Notes: generated from the letters alone by a model not told the origin. Shown: positions 1-6,787, numbered from the stretch's first letter. The stretch: DNA of 10,637 nt from an uncultured archaeon (GCA_964493715.1 CAZBPC010000104.1:1-10637); one strand, 5' to 3'. Made by a program: numbers and translations.

Positions 1-32
1 CTTCCTAGTTTTCTATAATTCATATCTGTCAT
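1..32 (-). CDS. 5' fragment of a probable aldo/keto reductase (runs off the left edge)
   Basis: The reverse strand reads ATG ACA GAT ATG AAT TAT AGA AAA CTA GGA AG = MTDMNYRKLG(R/S), with an alternative ATG at 23. MxYRKLG is the typical aldo/keto reductase N-terminus. Only about 10 codons are visible. Confidence 0.6.
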   Translation of the reverse strand, partial: MTDMNYRKLG

Positions 33-275
33 CCATTAAAGAGCTTTATATAAGAATTAATACCATTAAATTAGTAAATTATTAAAAAATTTAATTCTTT
101 TTCACAAAGAATAATATTAGACTTTTTCCAATCCAACAATTAGTTCGTATTCAAATAGGGAGTATTTTTATTTCATTAGAAAATTTGGCAGATTAATTTT
201 AACAGACGTGTAAAATTTACTTTAGTGTAATATTTCTTACTAATTTTTAAATAAGAAAAGAGACATGACTATTAC

Positions 276-401
276 ATGGAAAAAAACCCTTTTAGTGCAA
301 TAGATTTTAGAGAATTAGTCCAAAGTGTTAAAGAAATTGTATCAGAACTTAAAAAATTGAATTCAAAACTAGACAAACTCGATATACGTAAAAAAGACTA
401 A
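276..401 (+). CDS. Small coiled-coil protein, 41 aa (not in the ORF track)
   Basis: Hand translation gives MEKNPFSAIDFRELVQSVKEIVSELKKLNSKLDKLDIRKKD*. Hydrophobic residues follow a 3-4 heptad (F11, L14, V18, I21, L25, L28, L32, L35). It fills an otherwise empty gap and is followed by T-runs at 414-430. Confidence 0.65.
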   Translation: MEKNPFSAIDFRELVQSVKEIVSELKKLNSKLDKLDIRKKD

Positions 402-413
402 TTCTCTTAAAAT

Positions 414-463
414 ATTTTTAATTTTTTTTTACATTTCTAGAAATTTTAAAAAAAAGAAAAAAA
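414..463. terminator. Oligo-T tracts on both strands between convergent genes; probable archaeal terminators
   Basis: T-runs at 414-430 on + lie downstream of the 41-aa ORF. A-runs at 448-463 (T on -) lie just after the stop of 468..1406. Confidence 0.4.
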
Positions 464-467
464 CATG

Positions 468-1406
468 TTATTTTTTAGATCTGGCATATATTTCTTGTGA
501 GAGATACAATAATATTTCTGGAATAGTACAATCGTTATTTTTAGAGATGTCAAATCGCTTCGCTCCCATTTCTTCAACAATGGAACTTATATCTTCATTT
601 GGAATAACTTCTGAATCTCCAATCACCATAAGAGCTACAGGCAATTTAATAAACTTGTTTTCACGTTTTCTTGTATTGAATACCAAATTTGTTTTTTCTC
701 TTATCTCCGTGATATAAGTTTTAATTTTTTCAAAAGAATTCCGATTTTCTTTATTTAAAACTAAGATTATTCCAGCAGATCCTAGAAAATATTGATTTCT
801 AATAGATTCAAATCTTTTATTATCGGATACTCTCCAAATTTGGAGTAATACAGAAGATTTATCAAATATTTCAAGTACATGCGTATAAAAATCAACGCCA
901 ATGATCTCAATGGAAGATTCACTTGTTTTAGTTAATAAAGAGAGCATTTTGTCAGAATATTCTTCGTCTAGTCCTAGCAAGATGATTTTAAATCGTTGAT
1001 CGTAATCCTTTCCCCATTTTCCAAAACTATCTAGAAACCGTTCATATCTTTGCACTTTCTTACGCAATTCATGCAATTGACTACGTTCTGTGCTCGTCAG
1101 TGTAATGCCTAATTCGCGTTTTATAATTGCTTGAACTTGCCCTTGACTTATCGTTTTTTCAAATTGCTGGAAAATGTGAGAAGAAAGATATGAGATGATC
1201 CAATTGATATCATACTGTTGACTGATTTGAAAAACAATTTCTTCCAATGATAATAGGGATTTTTGATATTGTTCTTTCTCAGGAAAGACATCTAATGTAG
1301 ATTCTAGCAAATCATCCACTAAATTAACTTTAGAGTATTTAATTTGTTTTAGAAATTTTAAAAGCTTATCACATTGTACATCTGTGAGCAAATTTTTTTC
1401 TAACAT
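468..1406 (-). CDS. Fusion of an N-terminal helical/winged-HTH-like region with a C-terminal degenerate Rab-like small GTPase domain (pseudo-GTPase)
   Basis: Residues ~135-312 carry FKIILLG, IGVDF, LLQIW, RFESIR, YFLGS, IILV and SFEKI in Rab order, but GxxxxGK[ST], DxxG and NKxD are absent. Residues 69-101 (WIISYLSSHIFQQFEKTISQGQVQAIIKRELGI) resemble a winged HTH. An SD-like GAGGT lies at 1419-1415. Confidence 0.8.
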   Translation of the reverse strand: MLEKNLLTDVQCDKLLKFLKQIKYSKVNLVDDLLESTLDVFPEKEQYQKSLLSLEEIVFQISQQYDINWIISYLSSHIFQQFEKTISQGQVQAIIKRELGITLTSTERSQLHELRKKVQRYERFLDSFGKWGKDYDQRFKIILLGLDEEYSDKMLSLLTKTSESSIEIIGVDFYTHVLEIFDKSSVLLQIWRVSDNKRFESIRNQYFLGSAGIILVLNKENRNSFEKIKTYITEIREKTNLVFNTRKRENKFIKLPVALMVIGDSEVIPNEDISSIVEEMGAKRFDISKNNDCTIPEILLYLSQEIYARSKK

Positions 1407-1430
1407 TTTTTAATACCTCTTCATATTTTG

Positions 1431-1490
1431 TGGACGTTAGTGATAAAAATGGACGTCCAATATATGAATGGATATTTTCATATTTAAATA
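1431..1490 (-). promoter_or_regulatory. Putative promoter (TATA TTTAAATA at 1488-1481) with three 19-bp-spaced TGGA[C/T][G/A]T repeats downstream of it
   Basis: On +, TGGACGT occurs at 1431 and 1450 (the latter within the palindrome TGGACGTCCA, 1450-1459) and TGGATAT at 1469. Confidence 0.5.
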
Positions 1491-1654
1491 TTTGTGATCA
1501 GCAAATACTGAAATTTTCCAAGACCTAAAATGTTAGTCTAAAAAGAGTTTAACTCTCCATAACCTCTTTATCAATCAAAACTATTTATGGATTTATCGAT
1601 TTTCAAGTAATAAGGAGCTAAGAAAACCATATAAGAAGATTTAATATCCAAGAA

Positions 1655-1978
1655 GTGTATAGAAACATGGATAAAAAAGGACTTGTTATCAAGTTAGAGA
1701 AAGATGGTTCTGTCTTAAAATTAGGTTTGATACTAGATATTGATGATTTCGATTTCATTTGGTATGATTTCATAAAAAAATTAAAATGGTATGAAGATGA
1801 ATTTGACCAGTTATTTGGTTCAAAAACTCATTGCTTTTCCACAGGAAAAATTAAATTAGTTAACGAAATTTTAGATCAACTTTCTGAAATGATTAATGAA
1901 TATCGAGATGAAGTATTTCTTTTTAAGGTAGTGTCCACTTTAAACAATATTGAGGAAAACCATCCCGAATTTTTTTAA
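1655..1978 (+). CDS. Hypothetical small acidic protein
   Basis: 107-aa ORF from GTG; the ATG at 1667 (MDKKGL...) is the more likely start. Composition is protein-like but no motif was recognised. Confidence 0.7.
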   Translation: MYRNMDKKGLVIKLEKDGSVLKLGLILDIDDFDFIWYDFIKKLKWYEDEFDQLFGSKTHCFSTGKIKLVNEILDQLSEMINEYRDEVFLFKVVSTLNNIEENHPEFF

Positions 1979-2065
1979 AAGTCTCAAATGACACTAAAAT
2001 CTTAATTTTTCATTTACTTATTTCAAGAAATAAACATAAATATATGAAAAGTGGGAACCGAGGGA

Positions 2066-2096
2066 ATTTCCTCGGCGTTTGGCATTCAAACGCCGT
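2066..2096 (-). other. tRNA intron 3 (31 nt, T-loop, about position 59/60)
   Basis: It contains a perfect 9-bp stem CGGCGTTTG/CAAACGCCG and a relaxed BHB (TTCA/GGAA, bulges AAA and ATT). Removal restores the T-loop TTCAAAT. Confidence 0.8.
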
Positions 2097-2118
2097 TTTG
2101 AACCCCCGACCTACAGGT

Positions 2119-2147
2119 ATCCGCGCGCAATAAGTTGCTTATAGGAT
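2119..2147 (-). other. tRNA intron 2 (29 nt, canonical 37/38)
   Basis: ATCCTATAAGCAACTTATTGCGCGCGGAT lies between G37 and A38. The 3' bulge ATA is closed by a pair between C32 and intron G(-3). Confidence 0.85.
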
Positions 2148-2162
2148 CTGGAGCCTGTTGCG

Positions 2163-2192
2163 TTCGGCTATTAGGTTTAACGTTCACTCTAT
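2163..2192 (-). other. tRNA intron 1 (30 nt, D-arm, about position 22/23)
   Basis: Bulge-helix-bulge-like geometry: 4-bp helix CGGT/GCCG followed by 3-nt segments ATA and AAC; cutting after the second bulge nucleotide gives 22/23. The junction could shift by 1-2 nt. Confidence 0.75.
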
Positions 2193-2337
2193 ATACCGGG
2201 CTACGCTAGGTCCCCATGTGGGAATAAGTTAATAAAATATTTCATGAAATTTATATTTTAAGATTAAAGTAGTTTCCCTTCATTAATCGACCAATTCTAA
2301 AGTAAAATAAATATGATTTGAAAGATTAGTAATTACA

Positions 2338-2934
2338 ATGAAAAAACTGGGGCAACTAAATTTAAAGTCAATAACATTGATTCAGATCATTGTTGCAGTG
2401 ATAATTTCGTTAATATTCCAATTCATCATTCCCCTTGCTTGGCAGCCACTTGATGCATTTGAAGCGGGAAAGTTGATCCATCATGGTGATGAGGGAACAA
2501 ATATCATAATTTTTACTGTAAGTCAATGGTATTTCTCTTTTTCCGTATCTTGGCATCTTAAGCGTGATAATAAATACATAAATAATTTTTTAATATATTC
2601 AATTCCGGGATTAACTTCTATAGTTTTCATAGAATTCTTCATTTATGGATTGTATTACGATTACATTCACCTACTAACTTTGGTAACAGCAATATATATT
2701 ATCATAAAGAAAAAGTACACTCTAATTCCCATACAAGCAATACCAAATTTTATACTTATAACTTTCTGGTTATTTTCTGTATATTTCTTAAGATTAGCTT
2801 ATTTTAATACTCCATTTACTGATTACTTTCTCAGATTTGTGGTTACTTCAATTGCTAATTTTGGAATATGGTGTTATATTATAATCATACATAGAAAGAG
2901 AAAAGAAACGGATGGAATTTCAAGTAAGTTTTGA
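2338..2934 (+). CDS. Integral membrane protein (about 6 TM), function unknown
   Basis: 198 aa with multiple hydrophobic stretches and several His residues near the TM segments (IHHGDEG, WHL, YDYIHL). Confidence 0.85.
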   Translation: MKKLGQLNLKSITLIQIIVAVIISLIFQFIIPLAWQPLDAFEAGKLIHHGDEGTNIIIFTVSQWYFSFSVSWHLKRDNKYINNFLIYSIPGLTSIVFIEFFIYGLYYDYIHLLTLVTAIYIIIKKKYTLIPIQAIPNFILITFWLFSVYFLRLAYFNTPFTDYFLRFVVTSIANFGIWCYIIIIHRKRKETDGISSKF

Positions 2935-3432
2935 ACCACAAAATTCACAAAATCGCAAATTTTCTGTATTTTTTAGATTTGAACCGCATGTAGGACAGAA
3001 ATTGGCTTTTCCAGGAAGGGGTGCTCCCTCTTGAATAACAATGTAATCTTGTGTATCCTTTTCTCTTGGTGGTGCAGTAAGAGGAGTTCTACAATTCTTG
3101 CAAGCAAAGTTTTCAGTTCGTTGTAGTTTATCACAGTTTGGACACCGAATTAATAGATCCAAACCACAATTCTTACAATATTCAGCATAATCACTAACGG
3201 GGTAATTACAACGCTGACATCTTTTCTGTGAAGGTCCTGAAATTCGGTTTATAATTAGCCAAAGTAAGGGTAAAATTATTAGAAATATGAAGATACCAAT
3301 CAAGATGTTAAACATCAAATCGGAACTAACATAATCCAGCAAGAATAGCAACACGAGAATAAATATTACGAAGATTGCACTCGCAAATATGATTATTATT
3401 CCAGTTCGGTTGCGATGGTTTCTAATACTCAT
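2920..3432 (-). CDS. Membrane-anchored (2 TM) double zinc ribbon plus C-terminal zinc ribbon protein
   Basis: Two N-terminal hydrophobic helices, then six CxxC pairs: CQRC, CKNC, CPNC, CKNC, CPTC, CEFC. Confidence 0.9.
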   Translation of the reverse strand: MSIRNHRNRTGIIIIFASAIFVIFILVLLFLLDYVSSDLMFNILIGIFIFLIILPLLWLIINRISGPSQKRCQRCNYPVSDYAEYCKNCGLDLLIRCPNCDKLQRTENFACKNCRTPLTAPPREKDTQDYIVIQEGAPLPGKANFCPTCGSNLKNTENLRFCEFCGSKLT

Positions 3433-3503
3433 TATTATAATGATAGTGTTTGGTTATTTTTATTGCTTCATATCTTTATAATTATCTTTTAAAATTATAG
3501 AGA

Positions 3504-3656
3504 TTAATCTAGTTCTACATGACAATAGGGACAGATTAAGGTACCGGGATCAATTTTTTCGCCGCACGCAAAACAAACTACTTTATCTTTACCAAAATGT
3601 ATTTTTCCGTTTTTTACAACTTCTGGTTTCTCATCAGCATTCTCATTTTCTGACAT
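3504..3656 (-). CDS. Small zinc-ribbon protein, 50 aa (not in the ORF track)
   Basis: Hand translation gives MSENENADEKPEVVKNGKIHFGKDKVVCFACGEKIDPGTLICPYCHVELD*, with a CxxC-x10-CxxC ribbon. It is co-oriented with, and 71 nt upstream of, 2920..3432. Confidence 0.85.
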   Translation of the reverse strand: MSENENADEKPEVVKNGKIHFGKDKVVCFACGEKIDPGTLICPYCHVELD

Positions 3657-3831
3657 GATTCCAACTCATTATATTTTATCATATTACTTATCTAGGTAAA
3701 ATAGGATTATGACTTTAAAAGAAACGGAGACCGATTTTTGATTTAAAATAAGTAAAATTTAAGTTATTAGAATGATTTTTACTATATAATCAACTGAAAT
3801 ATATAAGAGTTATCAATAATTGTGAATAAAA

Positions 3832-4035
3832 ATGCCAGGAAGTCATGGTAGCTTAACTAAAGCTGGAAAAGTAAGGCAACAAACTCCCAGAATAGATAGA
3901 TCTGGAGTAAATTCTGTTAAGAAAAAACCTCCAAGAATGCGCTATAGAAAACTCTATGAAAAGCGAGTGGGAAAAGGGAAATACTCTGGTCAAACTGATA
4001 GTATTGGAGCCAAGAGAGCCTCGTTCTCTCGTTGA
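3832..4035 (+). CDS. rps30e: 30S ribosomal protein S30e (eS30)
   Basis: Signature [16 protein letters not shown], then the basic [16 protein letters not shown]. Stand-alone archaeal form with no ubiquitin-like fusion. Confidence 0.96.
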   Translation: MPGSHGSLTKAGKVRQQTPRIDRSGVNSVKKKPPRMRYRKLYEKRVGKGKYSGQTDSIGAKRASFSR

Positions 4036-4045
4036 TACTCAAATC

Positions 4046-4098
4046 ATTCTTTTTTTAATTCATTGTACAAATGGTTTTTCTTCTTTCATGTAAAAAAA
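4046..4098. terminator. T-rich tracts between convergent rps30e and 4099..4665
   Basis: A T-run at 4050-4057 and TTTTTCTTCTTT at 4075-4086 on +; an A-run at 4092-4098 reads as T on -. Confidence 0.4.
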
Positions 4099-4665
4099 TT
4101 AACTTATTTTATTTACTGATTTAATTTGGCTTAGTTTTGATTCAAACTTCGGGAGCATCTTACGGATATTTTTTTCCACTTTTTCTTCTTTCCCAAACCA
4201 AGGCATATTTTCTAGGTCCTTTTTATTGTAGAAGTCTAAGTCTTCTTTGTGAGCTTCTATATATCTCAGATGTTCCTTCTGACTCTCAATAATGTATGGA
4301 AGTATTTTCTTCTGGAATTCCAACCAACGCTCCTTAAACTCACTCTTGCTCTCACCGGATTTATCATTATATTGAGGCCGAAAATCCAAATACGAGATAT
4401 AGACGTGCTTATAGTTATTAAAAACATGAGTTTTATAGAGGGGTATTTTAAAAAATCCCTCCATTTTATTTTGATGATGTATTTGAAAGAAAACAACGTG
4501 CTTATTAGTGAAAATAAATGGGGTCTTCCATCTATAAACAATTTTTCCAACCATATGTGCGATTAGACCATAAGTAGCATAAACTACATCCTCATCAGAA
4601 GGAATAAACTTTTTAAAAATATCCAAATCGTTACTTGTAATATATATATCTGACATTTTGACCAA
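4099..4665 (-). CDS. Hypothetical protein with a probable PH-like (bPH/GRAM-type) N-terminal domain
   Basis: The pattern IPSDEDVVY...WKTPFIFTNKHVVF...IPL followed by a C-terminal helix resembles PH-like folds. The track start is TTG; the ATG at 4656 is a plausible alternative. Confidence 0.7.
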   Translation of the reverse strand: MVKMSDIYITSNDLDIFKKFIPSDEDVVYATYGLIAHMVGKIVYRWKTPFIFTNKHVVFFQIHHQNKMEGFFKIPLYKTHVFNNYKHVYISYLDFRPQYNDKSGESKSEFKERWLEFQKKILPYIIESQKEHLRYIEAHKEDLDFYNKKDLENMPWFGKEEKVEKNIRKMLPKFESKLSQIKSVNKIS

Positions 4666-4753
4666 TTTGAATTTTTTTTTGATATTTTTTTAAAATTGCA
4701 GTTTAAATTTTTCTTAATTAAACTTTACCTTTCTTGTATTTAATGCTAGCGTT

Positions 4754-6643
4754 TTAATTCATTGCTCCAATCTTCTTGAATTGGTTAATTAAAATTTGTC
4801 CTTGTTTGTAGTAATAACCAGCATTTTTGCTGTCTTTAACAAGAATATCGAAAAAATCACTCATTAAAAGATTCCATCGAATTGCTCTTTTAATTCCTGA
4901 AATTTCTTTCATATTTAGAGGGATACGATTTTCAAGGCTTTTTAATAAGAATAATGCTTTCCTTGAGTCGATTCTTTGATGGATATAAAATTCTGCTAAT
5001 TCTAATACTAAATCAAAAAAGATTAATTGATTTTTCTGATCATCAAAATCTATTCCTACTGCATCAATTCCAGCTTTAAGGAGTTTTTGAGAATGGGAAA
5101 GATTACCTTTATCTTTAAACTGCTTCGCTCGTAAAAGAAAATAAGTTAATTTAACTTTTATCGATGAATTCGCTAGCTGAAAAGCTTTCTTATATTCACT
5201 TTTAGCAAGTGCCAGTTGACTCTGCTCATCATGAATTAATCCCATATATAAAGTTGCCAATCCTATGTATTCTTCTTTATTAATTGAATGTTCCTCTTTT
5301 TCAAGGAAATTTACGATTACATTGAAATGGTTGAGAGCTTGAGGCATATTTTTTCTTTTAAAAAAATATTTTCCTAATTTATATTGTATTTTTAATATAT
5401 AATCAACTGGAACTTCTCCTGATTTTGCAATACCAAGAGCAGTTTGTAAGTAATTAAGTGCAATTTCATCCTGATTTAAAAGAGAGGCAATGTGATATAG
5501 CTTTAAAAGAATCGATACTACGATTTTCTTCTGACGATTTTTGTTAAATACTTTCAGGGATTGATTTAAGAGTTCGGTAGCGTCATCGAAACGATAATTT
5601 TTAATAAATTCCTCAGCTTCAGTATATAAATTTATTGTTTCCAGAACTTCGAAGTTCATTGGAGGTGAATTGAATAGATCATTATGAATTTGAAAAAGTT
5701 CTCCTTTCTTTATTAGACTCTCATAATGAAGTGCTGAAAACGCAAAATTATTGACATTTCCCTCAAATTCATTATTCTGTAATTCCCTTTCTACATTAAA
5801 TTGTATGAGATCGTGTTGATTAATTTCTGCTAAATCAATAATTTCTATCATTGAATTCAACATCATTCTAGCAAATTTAATCCAATTATCAACTAGAAGC
5901 TCCAAATTAACGCTCGTAGAGTTTAACAACCGATAAATAACATAAGGGGTGTAAGTATCAAATCCAGAACGAATATAAAATTTTTTGTAATCTAAATCTT
6001 TAAAATACGTGAAAAACCCCTTCTCAATAATAAAAAATTCATCAATTGGTTCATCATTCGAGAAAAATAATGTTTCTGATGCTCTAATTTTTGGCACTCC
6101 ACTTTTTAATTCCCAGGGTAACTTAAATGTTGGAAATAACCCGGATTTATTTACAGCAGGCAATAATTGATTAACAATAGATTGTTCTTCTTTTTGGAAC
6201 TCATCCCGTTTGGACATGAGAGAGATCCTAATTTTATTTTTCCACGAATTTTCATTTTCGCCTTTGATATATTCTGGGATTATCATATTAAGTAGATTTA
6301 CTATCTCAATTTCTCTTCCCTCTACAGGAAACGAATGTTCAATGGAGATTTGGATGGCTAAATCTCTCAACATCTTTAAAAGATAAAGTATTAATTTGTT
6401 TGTCGTTTGATTTAAATCCCAGATTTTAAAGACCAAAGATAATCTAAAATTAACAATTTCTAATGGAACATTAATCCTTAAAGGAAAGGCAACTGGAAAT
6501 TTTATATTGAATATGATAACTTTATTCTTATTTAGACTATACCTGAAATTGTTCTCTAATGACGCATTTCTTTGCCATCCATTCTTTTCAATAACCGTTT
6601 GTAGATTTTCTATTTCATTTTCAGAAAAAGGTCTTAGTGACAT
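4754..6643 (-). CDS. Large protein with C-terminal tetratricopeptide-like repeats and an unrecognised N-terminal alpha/beta region
   Basis: From about residue 335 there are TPR-like units: FDDATELLNQSLKVF, DEIALNYLQTALGIA, YKLGKYFFKRKNMPQALNHF, LYMGLIHDEQSQLALAKSEYKKAFQL. Confidence 0.85.
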   Translation of the reverse strand: MSLRPFSENEIENLQTVIEKNGWQRNASLENNFRYSLNKNKVIIFNIKFPVAFPLRINVPLEIVNFRLSLVFKIWDLNQTTNKLILYLLKMLRDLAIQISIEHSFPVEGREIEIVNLLNMIIPEYIKGENENSWKNKIRISLMSKRDEFQKEEQSIVNQLLPAVNKSGLFPTFKLPWELKSGVPKIRASETLFFSNDEPIDEFFIIEKGFFTYFKDLDYKKFYIRSGFDTYTPYVIYRLLNSTSVNLELLVDNWIKFARMMLNSMIEIIDLAEINQHDLIQFNVERELQNNEFEGNVNNFAFSALHYESLIKKGELFQIHNDLFNSPPMNFEVLETINLYTEAEEFIKNYRFDDATELLNQSLKVFNKNRQKKIVVSILLKLYHIASLLNQDEIALNYLQTALGIAKSGEVPVDYILKIQYKLGKYFFKRKNMPQALNHFNVIVNFLEKEEHSINKEEYIGLATLYMGLIHDEQSQLALAKSEYKKAFQLANSSIKVKLTYFLLRAKQFKDKGNLSHSQKLLKAGIDAVGIDFDDQKNQLIFFDLVLELAEFYIHQRIDSRKALFLLKSLENRIPLNMKEISGIKRAIRWNLLMSDFFDILVKDSKNAGYYYKQGQILINQFKKIGAMN

Positions 6644-6787
6644 GAATTAACTGATGAAAAAGTATAATATATGTTAAAAATCTAATAATAGTCCACATTA
6701 TTAACTTTTAACAAAACCATATCAATTTTAAATAATTGGTTTTACTTGTAGAAGATATAAACAATTAAAATCGGATTTATTTCAAAT

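Larger units (their letters stand above)
2052..2215 (-). tRNA. trnW: tRNA-Trp(CCA) with three introns; 3' CCA not encoded
   Basis: Removing 2192-2163, 2147-2119 and 2096-2066 gives a 74-nt cloverleaf: GGGGACC TA GCGT AGCCCGGTA TCGC A ACAGG CT-CCA-GA CCTGT AGGTC GGGGG TTCAAAT CCCTC GGTTCCC A. The acceptor (GGGGACC/GGTTCCC), anticodon (ACAGG/CCTGT) and T stems (GGGGG/CCCTC) all pair. It is a GC-rich island in AT-rich DNA. Confidence 0.93.

Noticed and set aside
265-303. Short ORF MTITWKKTLLVQ* overlapping the start of the 41-aa ORF
   Set aside because: Only 12 codons with no supporting feature; expected by chance.
468-1406. IS630 transposase or GTPase pseudogene
   Set aside because: No DDE domain or terminal inverted repeats were seen. 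The ORF is uninterrupted, has an SD, and retains Rab motifs selectively.
1-2051. Possible integrated element at the tRNA-Trp 3' end
   Set aside because: No integrase, no duplicated tRNA 3' segment (att site) and no obvious composition shift within the window.
2058-2095. GC-rich hairpins read as an intrinsic terminator or CRISPR repeat
   Set aside because: Single copy with no spacers; fully explained by tRNA intron 3 and the last exon.
3832-4035. Eukaryote-like ubiquitin (FUBI)-eS30 fusion
   Set aside because: The ORF starts directly at MPGSHGSL, with an in-frame TAA just upstream.
4249-4566. Track ORFs 4249..4566 (+) and 4266..4550 (-)
   Set aside because: Both lie wholly inside 4099..4665, antisense or in another frame, and have no motifs; shadow ORFs.
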